A stretch of 62,903 nt of DNA, the filler included, from Octopus bimaculoides (lineage: Eukaryota): NCBI RefSeq assembly GCF_001194135.2. It is 5 parts of 4 records of this genome, joined end to end, with 100 filler letters (N's around TTAATTAATTAA, not from the genome) between each part and the next. Parts side by side here need not be neighbours in the genome. Positions count along the whole stretch, not along the records: positions 38,415 to 53,580 come from NC_068992.1; positions 53,681 to 62,903 come from NC_069004.1; 3 more parts are not named here. One strand, given 5' to 3'. The position numbers and the translations under genes were made by a program. Shown in pieces: positions 48,990 to 61,041 of the stretch. How positions within the stretch are numbered: position 1 is the stretch's first letter; every line of letters starts with the position of its first letter. The notes under the pieces were generated by a model that was not told the origin of the DNA, ran no database searches, and worked only from the letters and a program-made list of their open reading frames with translations.

Positions 48990-51900
48990 AATACAATGAA
49001 ATTATTGTATACGGTGCTCAGGTATATAACGCATATGCAGTAATGTACAAATGTCTGGAAAGTGAACAGTGTATGAGTCAGATACATGCTTGCGTAGGTA
49101 TGGAGGGGAGAAAATCAGGTGTAGTGTTGACGAATCTCCGGAAGCATAGAAGTTTTGAAGGATGCAGTGCTCCGACAGCTAACAACTGATGCCGGTAGTT
49201 TGTTCCATACTTCAGCAACTCTTAGGGTGAAAAAGTGTTTCTGAAAGTCATGGGAGCTGTGCTGTTTTCTGACTTTGTAAACATGTCCATGGGTGTTAGA
49301 CAGGTGGAATTTGAAAAGATGCTCAGAGTTATTGTTAGTAAGATGGTTAATAATTTTATGGGTGTCTGCCAAGTCAGTTGCCAGACGTCAGAGTTTCAAT
49401 GTATCCATGCCCAGGGAAGTAAGGCGTTCAGAATATGGCAAATGCCTGATGGAGGGTATTCTCTTGGTTGCACGTCGCTGAACGGTTTCCAGATTATTAA
49501 TATCCTAGGCAAGATAGGGGTTCCAGACCGGTGATGCAAATTCCAGGTGAGGCCGCATCATAGCTATATAAAGCCTCAGTTAGATAGCCGTAGAGCGGCT
49601 CACAAAGGACTTGGTAAGTGATGCCAAGACACCCTCTGCCTTTTGGCAATTTTAGTATTGTGTTTTGTCCAACGCAAATCGCTGTCGACAATAATGCCCA
49701 GGTCACGTTCACAAGAAGACTTTTTGAGATTAGTGTTGTCGAGGGAGTAAGTAGACGCTGGGTTTTTCCTCCCCAAATGCATGGTGGTACATTTGTTCAC
49801 AGCCAGCTTGAGTTGCCAGTCCATGATCCATTGCTGCATTGTGTCCAGGTCTGATTGCAATAAAGATCGATAATGTACAGAATCTGTCCTCTTTATTTCG
49901 AGGTACAGCTTGATGTCATCTGCATATTTCAGCACTGTGACATTCTTTAAGTTGGTATTTATGTCATTAATATATGCAACAAATAAAAGGGGGCCTAAAA
50001 CAGATCCCTGTGGTACACCAGATGTGATATCATAGGGCGAAGAGTGCTGTCCTAGAACTGTCACAACCTCTTTTCGGCCGATAATGAAGGATTTCAACCA
50101 GTTATAGAGATCATCTCTTACACCCATTGCAGGGAGTTTCACTGGAAGTTTTTTGTGTGACACAGAATTAAAAGCTTTAGCAAAGTCCAGGTAAACAACA
50201 TCCACTCAGGAGCCGCCATCAGTGATTCGGGTAATGTCCTCAAGAAACTCGATGAGTTGATTACAGTAGCTGGAGTTAGGAATAAATCCAAATTGTGTCG
50301 GCTGGTTGAGGCTGTGAGACTTCCAGAAGTTCCAGAAGGTTTCTCTGACACATGATTCCATCAGTTTGGCGATGCAGCTAGTAAGACTGACAGGGCGATA
50401 GTTGACAGGTGATGTGCGGTCACCTTTTTTTAACACTAGCAGTTTTCCACTGTTCTGGAGTAATACCATTATCGTGACAGAATTGAAAGAATAGTGAAAG
50501 TTAGTTCAGAAGAAAGTACCCACTGCGTTTGAGAAGTAGGTATGTAACACCATCCAGACCAGGAGAGGCATAGTTACGTTTTTTCTTAAGGTGGCGTTGT
50601 AGCATTGCTGGTGTAAATTTCATAGCAGTTATAGAGTCTGGTGTCAGAGGTGATGAAGATGGAACATTTTGATTTTCAACAGTAAAGATGCCTGCATAGC
50701 ATCCAGTAATAATTTCTGCACGTTCTTTGGAATTGTCAGTAATCTCTCCCGTGTGGGGATTGCGAAGGGGACCAACTGGAGAGTGAGGTCTCTGCTTTGA
50801 ATGTACATACTTCCAGAACACTTTGCTGTCAGGGTTGGTTGCTATGCGCTGTTCGAATTCAAGTACTGCCTTTTTTGCCACCTGCTTGAGATGGTTGGAT
50901 GATCTATTGCACTTTTTCCTGTTAATCTCTGATTTGAGCATTTTGCATTCCGGTTCAGCATTATAGCGTTCTTTCCTTGCAAGTCGGACTGCTGCAGTCT
51001 TCCAAATTGCACTATTGGATGTTTTTTTTTGTGCTTGCATGTTACCGATGCTGCACATGCCGTCCATATTGAATTCAGAGTGTTCTGAAGTATAGTATTC
51101 ACATCTCCATAGACAAAAAATTCGAGCCAGTTTGGGCGTTGCATCTCCGTACAATAAGAGTTCCAGTCTGTTTTATTCCAGTCAAAGCGGGCAGTTTGAA
51201 GATGGTTGTGGTTTTTGTTACAATCAGAGACAAGTCGGTCATGATCATGGAATGATTAGCGTCACCTAAAAGTTATTCAGTAGTGACACTAATAATTGTT
51301 TCAGAAGTGGTAAATAGCAGATCCAAAATGTTGTTACCTCTTGTGGGGGAGATAATGACTTGGGACCAATTTGAATTCAGCACTAGCTCAAGGAAATCGT
51401 CTGCACTTTGCGGTCAACCTCAGGGAAATTGAAGTCCCCTGCAATATAAACATAAGTGGCTGATTTCATGGCAGCAACTCTGAGGATATCAAAAGGTTGT
51501 GTGTCTTGATGATAATTTGGTGGGCGGTAAAAAACTCCAAGTAGAAGTGTTGACATGGTCATGTGAATATTGCAGAAAAATACTTCCTGTTGAGATTGGT
51601 TCAAATCATTAAAAGAAATTGCCGATAGGTTTGAACGAACGTAGACCATCACACCCTCACCACGGCGATTAACGCGGTCTTTGCGGAACAGGTTGTAGCC
51701 AGCTATGCTGAAAACCCCATCACAGAGTGCAGAATGTGCACATGTTTCCGTGATTGTGATGAAATCTGGGTCGATACTTTTGACGTAAGAGTCAAAAAGA
51801 TGTAACTTGTTGAATAAACTACGTCCATTTAAGGACAACAGTTTGTATTTGGATTTCAGATGATGATGATATACAGGAGACGGTTGATTGTTCTTCTTTA

Positions 51901-52100
51901 GTTTCCCATGAAATTTGTATTGCCAGTTATTGTGGGTACAGTATGTTCAGATCAACAGATATCCCTTATCCATGACTCACCAGACTTGACGAATTTCTAT
52001 ATTTGCCCATCATCACGTAGAAGGATTCCGCAACAGCACGTTTCACACGTATTTGCCAGCGTATCTCTTGTATGTCAATATTATTTTGCAAGATTGTTCA
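48990..52100 (-). mobile_element. CR1-clade LINE, near full-length ORF2 (AP endonuclease and RT) broken by frameshifts, with 3' UTR and an ORF1 end trace
   Basis: EN: SLNGRSLFNK..ITET..RRGEGV..FYRPP..AGDFNFP (51838-51383). RT: SPGLDG, NYRPVSLTSCIAKLME, QFGF, DVVYLDFAKAFNSV, SGVPQGSVLGPLLFVAYIND, KYADDIK, ERDLGIIVD. CR1 C-terminus FFTLRVAEVWNKLP (49372-49115). Confidence 0.95.
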
Positions 52101-52323
52101 GGAACTTAGATTGAATTATATTAAAGAAACAACTGTTTAAACTGAAGAAAACTACAAAAGATTATTATTGTTTCCTTCCACCTCAGAATTATCCTAAAGT
52201 CCCTCTACCTCTTCCTATTCTCTTTGGTGTCTTGATCATGATTGAATCCATCTTCTAACTACTGCAAACTGAGAGTTCAAGATGTTTGATGCAATGGACA
52301 TGTTCTCGCTAACTTGCTACATA

Positions 52324-52542
52324 TACGTGGGTGTGCTGCAAAGTTCCTGGCTCTGGGTAGAAGAAAATATTGGAAGATCGGTTAATTATGATTTTATTCA
52401 ACATATTCCCCTCTCAGAGTCACACACTCATTGCAGCGTTTCTTCAATTTTTCTAAGCCCTAGAAAAGAACTTGGAAATTTGGGCTTTGAACCAGGCCTT
52501 TCTCGACATCTTTAAAGCCAGGAACATTTCTGCACTCCCTCT
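52324..52542. mobile_element. Mariner-type MITE (about 220 bp)
   Basis: TA-cgtgggtgtgctgcaaagttcctggct at the left; imperfect inverted agccaggaacatttctgcactccct at the right. Confidence 0.65.
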
Positions 52543-53363
52543 TTTTCTGTAGATAAGTTTTATGAAATATTTGTTAATCCCCTTGATATAATGAATATAA
52601 TACTAAAATACCAACGTAAACGTATCTGAATAAATAAAATAATTAGTAGTCTTTTTATAACTTCGTTGAAACAATATTGTTTCAATAGTTAATGCAAATA
52701 AATACTTCTCCTGGCTATATATTTTGAGAAACTCTATGTATTTCGAAATGTCTCTATTGGTTGTGAGTTATCTACTGGAGGCGGGGGTGGATTATACATC
52801 TGGCATTAAGTTCATTATTGTAATTCACTTTACACTACTGAAATTCGGAATTCAGTTGAAAATCGTCATCTGATCGGAATAAAGTCGAAATAAATTTGTT
52901 AATAATTCATTCAAAATGTAAGCCTGCAGCGCATTAACAAATTTACCTAACACGCATGATACAAATATCATTCATTTAGCATCTAATTAGGTTGAATATA
53001 AGGATTAATTAAAGCTAAATAATAACTTGCGTTAATGTCTAAAGTACAGTGCGTGGCAGAAGCTTTTGGGGATGTAGAACACACATGTTAATGGGTGAAT
53101 GTAAAGTTATATATTATACACACACGCACGCACGCACACACGCACACACACACACACATACACACATATACTCATAAACAAAAGAACACAAGTGGAGTTC
53201 AAAATGTTCTCCGGGTGTTTCGGTAGCATTTTATTGAAGCATTCTTAGAACACATCATAGGAAAATTTCACGATTCTCAGGTAAATTTTAGTCACATATA
53301 AACATGCAAGCTAAAAGCAGAAGATTCACATGATGTTAGTTGGTGACAGAGAGACAGACTGAC

Positions 53364-53434
<71 letters not shown>

Positions 53435-53680
53435 GAGATAGATAAATAGATAGATAGATAGATATGTTTCTTTATTAGCCACACAGGGCTCAACATCGAA
53501 GGGACAAAATACAAATGTAGAGTTTTTCTTTTCGAGGGGGGCGAAAACAAAGCAGAAAGAAAACAAACACAAGTGGGGACNNNNNNNNNNNNNNNNNNNN
53601 NNNNNNNNNNNNNNNNNNNNNNNNTTAATTAATTAANNNNNNNNNNNNNNNNNNNNNNNNNNNNNNNNNNNNNNNNNNNN

Positions 53681-53724
<44 letters not shown>

Positions 53725-53725
<1 letters not shown>

Positions 53726-53915
53726 TCTTCTATTCTTTCATTTGTTTCAGTCATTTTACTGCGGCCATGCTGAAGCGCCGCCTTTAGTCAAGCAAATCGA
53801 CCCCAGGACTTATTCTTTGCAAGCCTTAGTACTTATTCTATCGGTATTACGGGGATGTAAACACACTAACATTGTTTGTAAGGCAATGGTGAGGAGAAAT
53901 TCACAGACACACAAA
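53725..53915 (-). mobile_element. SINE 3' half (family B tail)
   Basis: tttgtttcagtcatt..ctgcggccatgctg..gaccccaggacttattctttg..agccttagtacttattctatcgg is complementary to 30005-30050 and 1380-1425. Confidence 0.75.
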
Positions 53916-54101
53916 TACATGAAGGAAATGTTCTCTATGTGGCCTGTGTGTTTTCTGTGCTCTGTTTATGTTCTGTTTCTCATTTTGTCCACGTTTTTTT
54001 TTGTGACGTCCTGTACCCAGATATGCATCTATATATACATGTAGACATAGGTATGTACATACATGTACGTATATATGCATATACTCACATATTATTTGTA
54101 T

Positions 54102-54155
<54 letters not shown>

Positions 54156-54174
54156 CGTGTGTATGTATGTATGT

Positions 54175-54512
54175 GTGGAGGTGCAATGGCCCAGTGGTTA
54201 GAGCAGCGGTCTCGCGGTCATAGGATCACGGTTTCGATTCCCAGACCGGGCGTTGTGAGTGTTTATTGAGCGAAAACACCTAAAACTCCACGAGGCTCCG
54301 GCAGGGGATGGTGGCGAACCCTGCTGTACTCTTTCACCACAACTTTCTCTCACTCTTTCTTCCTGTTTCTGTTGTACCTGTAATTCAAAGGGTCAGCCTT
54401 GTCACACTGTGTCACGCTGAATATCGCCCGAGAACTACGTTAAGGGTACACGTGTCTGTGGAGTGCTCAGCCATTTTTATGTTAATTTCACGAGCAGGCT
54501 GTTCCGTTGATC
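54175..54512 (+). mobile_element. Family A SINE, truncated by a gap
   Basis: Highly similar to 21657-21990. Confidence 0.92.
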
Positions 54513-55766
54513 NNNNNNNNNNNNNNNNNNNNNNNNNNNNNNNNNNNNNNNNNNNNNNNNNNNNNNNNNNNNNNNNNNNNNNNNNNNNNNNNNNNNNNNN
54601 NNNNNNNNNNNNNNNNNNNNNNNNNNNNNNNNNNNNNNNNNNNNNNNNNNNNNNNNNNNNNNNNNNNNNNNNNNNNNNNNNNNNNNNNNNNNNNNNNNNN
54701 NNNNNNNNNNNNNNNNNNNNNNNNNNNNNNNNNNNNNNNNNNNNNNNNNNNNNNNNNNNNNNNNNNNNNNNNNNNNNNNNNNNNNNNNNNNNNNNNNNNN
54801 NNNNNNNNNNNNNNNNNNNNNNNNNNNNNNNNNNNNNNNNNNNNNNNNNNNNNNNNNNNNNNNNNNNNNNNNNNNNNNNNNNNNNNNNNNNNNNNNNNNN
54901 NNNNNNNNNNNNNNNNNNNNNNNNNNNNNNNNNNNNNNNNNNNNNNNNNNNNNNNNNNNNNNNNNNNNNNNNNNNNNNNNNNNNNNNNNNNNNNNNNNNN
55001 NNNNNNNNNNNNNNNNNNNNNNNNNNNNNNNNNNNNNNNNNNNNNNNNNNNNNNNNNNNNNNNNNNNNNNNNNNNNNNNNNNNNNNNNNNNNNNNNNNNN
55101 NNNNNNNNNNNNNNNNNNNNNNNNNNNNNNNNNNNNNNNNNNNNNNNNNNNNNNNNNNNNNNNNNNNNNNNNNNNNNNNNNNNNNNNNNNNNNNNNNNNN
55201 NNNNNNNNNNNNNNNNNNNNNNNNNNNNNNNNNNNNNNNNNNNNNNNNNNNNNNNNNNNNNNNNNNNNNNNNNNNNNNNNNNNNNNNNNNNNNNNNNNNN
55301 NNNNNNNNNNNNNNNNNNNNNNNNNNNNNNNNNNNNNNNNNNNNNNNNNNNNNNNNNNNNNNNNNNNNNNNNNNNNNNNNNNNNNNNNNNNNNNNNNNNN
55401 NNNNNNNNNNNNNNNNNNNNNNNNNNNNNNNNNNNNNNNNNNNNNNNNNNNNNNNNNNNNNNNNNNNNNNNNNNNNNNNNNNNNNNNNNNNNNNNNNTGT
55501 AACAAGGAAGAAAATAACGAAAGAACAGTTACTGTTGCTGAAGGGACCTTTCGACTTATTTTTCACAACATTTCTGGTGGCGATTTCAATTATAAAAATT
55601 AACCAATTCCATTCTCACTGGACTGCAATTTGTTTTTGAATTTCTCTTCTTTTTTTTTTATCCAGACAAATCCAAAGTTTTGATTTCGAATTCTTCACTT
55701 TCTCTCTTTTTCCTTTTTTGCCGTTTCTTTTTGCATTATTGTGCATTTTGGTAACCGCTCAGAGAA

Positions 55767-56279
55767 ATGGCTCAAGCATTTACTCTTGGGACAAGACATA
55801 ACAAAAGCAAATCATCAAAATATCAAACAACCGAAGACAAGCCGTCAGAAGGTTTTGGAACTGTACATGGTTACGACTTTCAGAAATTTCGGCACCAAAC
55901 CCCACATCCACCACAAATCCTACGAAGCAAGAAAGGGTTATGGTTGGACAAAAGACACTCAGTCGAGGATTTTCTTAGGGTTCCATCAGCTTATTACAAA
56001 CAAGAGAGCGCCAAGCGTCGATTGGCTCATTCACCAAAGAACAGAAGCAGAGAAGGTGATATAAAGAATTTGACTCCAAGGTTCCAAGACTTCCGAATTT
56101 CATCGTCTTGGACTCATCATTCAGCGCCACTCTGCACTAGCAGTCGATCCTGGTACAGGAAGAGCAACAAGAAACGAAATCGAGTTACCTGCAACAACAT
56201 CGTTCGAGTTATAAAACCGGTTTGCATGAAGAACAATCGCGAGGAAATGGAGATTTATTACGAAAAGTTGAAAGGCTGA
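55767..56279 (+). CDS. Candidate basic, S/K/R-rich 170-aa orphan protein
   Basis: Uninterrupted non-repetitive ORF with start context gaaATGG. Roughly one residue in five is K or R. No family recognised and no TE motif seen. Confidence 0.35.
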   Translation: MAQAFTLGTRHNKSKSSKYQTTEDKPSEGFGTVHGYDFQKFRHQTPHPPQILRSKKGLWLDKRHSVEDFLRVPSAYYKQESAKRRLAHSPKNRSREGDIKNLTPRFQDFRISSSWTHHSAPLCTSSRSWYRKSNKKRNRVTCNNIVRVIKPVCMKNNREEMEIYYEKLKG

Positions 56280-56607
56280 CGAATTATCGTTGTTATAAGT
56301 TCTTTATACCAATTAGCACGTCCATTGTCGGATTATCATCACCGCTAACACCATTATCATAAAAAAGCAGAAGCAATAAGAATGAGGTTTAACATCACCC
56401 TTGGGACAACGATGATGATGATGATGATGATGATGATGATACTAAATGGTTGGAACAATACTAAAATTTTCATACTTAAGATATTAAAACAAAACAGTAT
56501 AACAACCAAATATTTTATTTTTCAATTAAAAATGATTCAATGTGACTATTGTTGTTGTTATTATTGTTGTTGCTGCTGCTGTTGCTGTTGTTGGTGGTGG
56601 TATTAAG

Positions 56608-56830
56608 ACAGTAAGCTGGCAGAATCCTTAGAGTGTCGGGAATAAAAATATCTCAAGTTATTTCTACTATTTATGTTCTGAGCTCAAATCCTGCCGAGGT
56701 CAATTCTACTTTTCACGTCTCTGAGATCGACAGCTTAAAGTACCAGTCAAGTACTGGGTAGATAAATCGACTAACCTACTCCCCCAAATTTCAGACTTTG
56801 TGCCGTATCAGAAATTATCATTATTGTTGT
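56608..56830 (+). mobile_element. Family C SINE
   Basis: aagctggcagaatccttag...ttctgagctcaaatcctgccgaggtcaa...aagtaccagtcaagtactggg is colinear with the reverse complement of 20045-20254. Confidence 0.75.
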
Positions 56831-56886
56831 TGTTGTAGTTGTTTCCATTCTTCTCCTTTTTAACGATTTGTGTGTGTAATACGACG

Positions 56887-56923
<37 letters not shown>

Positions 56924-57217
56924 CCTGTACCACCCTCGACGTTTANNNNNNNNNNNNNNNNNNNNNNNNNNNNNNNNNNNNNNNNNNNNNNNNNNNNNNN
57001 NNNNNNNNNNNNNNNNNNNNNNNNNNNNNNNNNNNNNNNNNNNNNNNNNNNNNNNNNNNNNNNNNNNNNNNNNNNNNNNNNNNNNNNNNNNNNNNNNNNN
57101 NNNNNNNNNNNNNNNNNNNNNNNNNNNNNNNNNNNNNNNNNNNNNNNNNNNNNNNNNNNNNNNNNNNNNNNNNNNNNNNNNNNNNNNNNNNNNNNNNNNN
57201 NNNNNNNNNNNNNNNNN

Positions 57218-58300
57218 CAAAGGAGTAGACACGCGAGAGCTGGAGGTCCGCGAGATAAAAGTGGAGCCTAGAAAGATGAAGGAGAACGAGAAACTAATCA
57301 CAAAGGAAGGAAACATTTTGAAGCTGACACCGCCGGAAGAGCTATCGGCCAACGTGACAAAAAGAACGGTTATATTTAAAACCTTGAAAGCAACCACGAG
57401 AAAAATAGAAATAGCACCAATAGAGGAATGTGTTAAGAATATAAAAAGATTCACAACATACATTACGAGAGGGAGAAGATACGCCACTGTGGAGGTGCGC
57501 TCCACAACGAAGGAGGAAGCAATAAAGCACAACACAGAAGGACAGACGAATGGGTGCTCTTGCCTTCATACTGCGGCAAACGTGTGGCCAAGGTGCGAGT
57601 GGGTAAGGTGCCACCCGAATTGAAAGAAGAATGGCTGATGACAGCCATAATATATAATATGAAAAACGGGAATATACTGAAGTCTACAAGGACCCAGAAG
57701 GTAGATTACTGGGGATATGGGATCGAACTAACGATTCAGGCAACAACAGAGGACTTGAATAGTGTAGTGGAGGAGATTGTGCTGCCAGAAGATGTGAGAC
57801 TGAGAGTTACTGTGGAGGCCGCCAGTGTGTTTCACATGTGAAGAAAGGAGCCACATGAAGGCATGGTGCACTCAAAGAAAGCCACAAACAGAACAGGAGG
57901 AGAGACAGGAGAGTGTGGACCAGGTAGTACAGGGCAAGGCAACAGAAAAAGTAGCGGAGAAGGGATTCGCTATAGTTAAAAAGAAAAGGAGGAGGAGGAG
58001 CGGAGGAATGAGTTCTCCGCCAGAGAAGTAGAAAAAGAAGAGAGAAGATGTGAGAAAAGAAACTGTGAAGGAGGGCAGTAGGAAGGAAAAAGAAAGTGGA
58101 GTTACCAGTGGAGAAAGTGTCGGAGACCCAACTGTATGAAGGTGAGATGGAGAGACTGTTTATGGAGGAAGAAATGAGAGAACCAAAAGTCCAAGAGAAA
58201 GGAAAGAAGATACGAGGAGGAGAAGGAGTATGGTATAATGTAACGTACCCAAAGAATGTTGAAACAGAGAAAAAAATAATCAAGTTACATTCAATAGTAA
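57218..58300 (+). pseudogene. Tx1/L1-type LINE ORF1 (RRM-like region and CCHC zinc knuckle), frameshifted
   Basis: VLLPSYCGKRVAKVRVGKVPPELKEEWL (cf. T.V.V..VPP...dE.L), RVTVE-[frameshift]-RPPVCFTCEERSHMKAWC (CX2CX4HX4C), then a K/E-rich tail. At least two frameshifts. The 5' end is in a gap. Confidence 0.72.
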
Positions 58301-59160
58301 GAGTGAAGGTGCCTTCATACGTCTACTCCCTCGTATCCTGGAGCTTCAGCCACAGTGAAACCCATTTCAACTTGATTCTTCTGGCCGAATATGAGACGAG
58401 ACATCACTGCTTGGTCACATCTTTTCTGCAAGAAAGCTAAAGTGCACAGGCTCATTCGTGCACTTCTCAGTACGTTCAACACCCGGACGCTCATCTGAGC
58501 CACATCCGTATCGATCTAGTTGGACCGTGGCCAGTTAATCAAGGCTTTATGTATTTCCTTATGTGCATCAACCGCTTTACACATTGACCGGAATCGGTAG
58601 CTGAGCCCTGGTTTCGAGTTGAATATCGCGTTACGGCGTTCATACCACGATCACCACTGACCATGGTAGGCAGTTCGAATCCCAGCACTTCCATGAGCTT
58701 TCGAAAATTCTAGGTACGCGGCGCATTCGGACAAATAGTTACCATCCAGCTTCAAATGGTATGGTGGAACGCTTCCACCGCCAACTAAAGGCTGCCATGC
58801 GTGCTTATCTTGACCAAGATCGATGGAGCGAGTACATACTCACTGTTCTTCTGGGCTGCCGTTCAGTAGTCAAGGAGGATCTTGGATACTCTCCGGCATA
58901 GCTGCTTTACAGAGTACCGTTATCCTTATCGGGTCAGATGCTGGCCCCAGTGGACTTATCTTCCCAAGATCCTGTTCTCTACGTCAACAGATTTCGGTCG
59001 TATTTCTTCCGCCGATGACCTCTTGGCAACAGACTATTACATCTTCGGATCCGAAGGATATTGCTTCGTGGACTAACGTATTTCTTCGAAATGACTCTGT
59101 GAGATGCCCCCTCAGACCACCATACACAAGACCTTACCGCGTCCTTTCCAACAACTGACA
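58300..59160 (+). pseudogene. Ty3/Gypsy integrase remnant
   Basis: YPGASATVK...FFWPNMRRDITAW..CKKAKVHR (H2C2 region), SHIRIDLVGP, ITTDHGRQFES, YHPASNGMVERFHRQLKAAM, LLGCRSVVKEDLGYSPA*LLY, LRPPYTRPYRVL. Stops and frameshifts. Confidence 0.93.
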
Positions 59161-60269
59161 GGGTAAAACGGGTTTACAGACACTCCAACACCAGAGCGAC
59201 ATGTCCCCCACATGAATAATGAAAACACGGTACATGTCACCAACCCGTACACAATCGCAGGTAATGAACAGCTCTTTTAGGTCTTTGCAACATTAATAGC
59301 TTTTCTTGCGAGTTTTCCAAATGAGTTTCTTAGAATTACGAGCTTGCGAGGTTTGGTAGTTTAAGCTCTTCAAACAACGGTGTTAAAAGCGACTGGAATT
59401 TTACAATAGCATTCTACAACTCATCTCGCAGAAATGTGTTTGAGTATTTTTCCATTCCCTCCATTCTGTTTCATGAAATTCTACGTTCATAAACTGGTCA
59501 TAAGAAATTCGGCAAAAAGCCAAGATAGTAATATCATACGTGCATAGTAATATCATACATGCCAGAGTGAAGTTGCCGATGGTAATTCAACACCGCTCTC
59601 AAGATGGCCTCGATTTTAATCTCAATGCCGTCCTGTCACCGCTCACTCATGCATATGAACCTATGTACATAAATGCGCATGTGTGTGTGTGTGTGTGCTC
59701 GCTTTTATACACGTGACTTTAGCTTCACGCCATAGTGATCTTCAGGAGAAAATACACGTCACGAGAAAAAAACCCATTACAAACCGAAGTTCTATCACTG
59801 AAATAGGGCACATATAACATATTTGAATTCAGATGTTTGCCATAAAAAATGGAAGATTTATTTTTAAAATCAGATTTGTTGATTTTTTTTCCATTCATTT
59901 ATATATCTTACATATGAACTACATATCTTGCTTTCATCTGGGAAACTATCGCTTTGCAGTCGCTTTGAGTTTCAACTAAGCGTTGTCTAATATAAGAAAG
60001 GCTGAAGTACAGGATGTCTCCTTAATATGTTTAGTAATTGCGTATTTTTGTTGTTGAGAGATAATAAAGAAAAAATATACTGATGTGACTCCACTTGAGG
60101 ATGTTTTCGAAATCTGGAGTTGTGAAGTTGCTCTTAGAAGCTCGAGCATAGATGAAGTCCGTCAAATGAAGATTAGAGAGAAAAGAATAAATGGTATTGT
60201 CAGAGTTTTTATTTAGTTATTTATTTTCATTATTTTATATCACAATTTGTGAACAATATTCTTCATTGA

Positions 60270-60400
60270 TAATAGTTGCTAATCAACGAGTCACGGTTTC
60301 GCTGCATTTTCGACCACGAGAGAGGAGAGCTCGTCGTTTGTAACTCAGGGGACTTCGTTCGAAGATATAAATGTTTTGCGCAAATGTCTACGTCTTTCGT
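60270..60400 (+). mobile_element. Possible Tc1 transposase trace
   Basis: LINESRFRCIFDHERGELVV resembles the FxDESRF motif; single motif only. Confidence 0.2.
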
Positions 60401-60852
60401 CTATATACTGCAAATGTGCACATATGTCCGCTATCATATGCTTTTTCTTAACTATATTTGGACGCAGTTTTATCTAAACCCAAATGAAACTATGTGCGTT
60501 TAACTTCTTCGCAGGTATCTTGAATATATTTCGAGGCTTGCATAACGTAATTTCTCCATAATTCTTTAACGGACTGATATTCATCATTAGTTGCACTAAT
60601 TAACAAACTTTAATTAAAACGATATGCCGTGAAAACGAAAATAACTGCCTGATCCTAGGCTGTAGTAATGAAGTGTTTGAAGGAATTAAATGGCACCAAA
60701 AGTTAAGGACGTTTGACGTGAACCGTGATTTAAACATGACTAGGATCGTTGTCCAAAAGTAAAATATCTTCGACTCATAATTAATCTTTTTGTTGTAAAT
60801 AGCAAACTAGGGTTGGAGGTACCTGTTATTGTTTTTAGAGTATTAGTATAAA

Positions 60853-61041
60853 GTGGAGGCGCAGTGGCCCAGTGGTTAGGGCAGCGGACTCGCAGTCATA
60901 GGATCGCGGTTTCGATTCCCAGACCGGGCGTTGTGATTGTTTATTGAGCGAAAACACCTAAAAGCTCCACGAGGCTCCGGCAGGGGATGGTGGCGAACCC
61001 TGCTGTACTCTTCCACCACAACTTTCTCTCACTCTTACTTC
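60853..61041 (+). mobile_element. Family A SINE 5' half, truncated by a gap
   Basis: Near-identical to 21657-21845. Confidence 0.92.
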
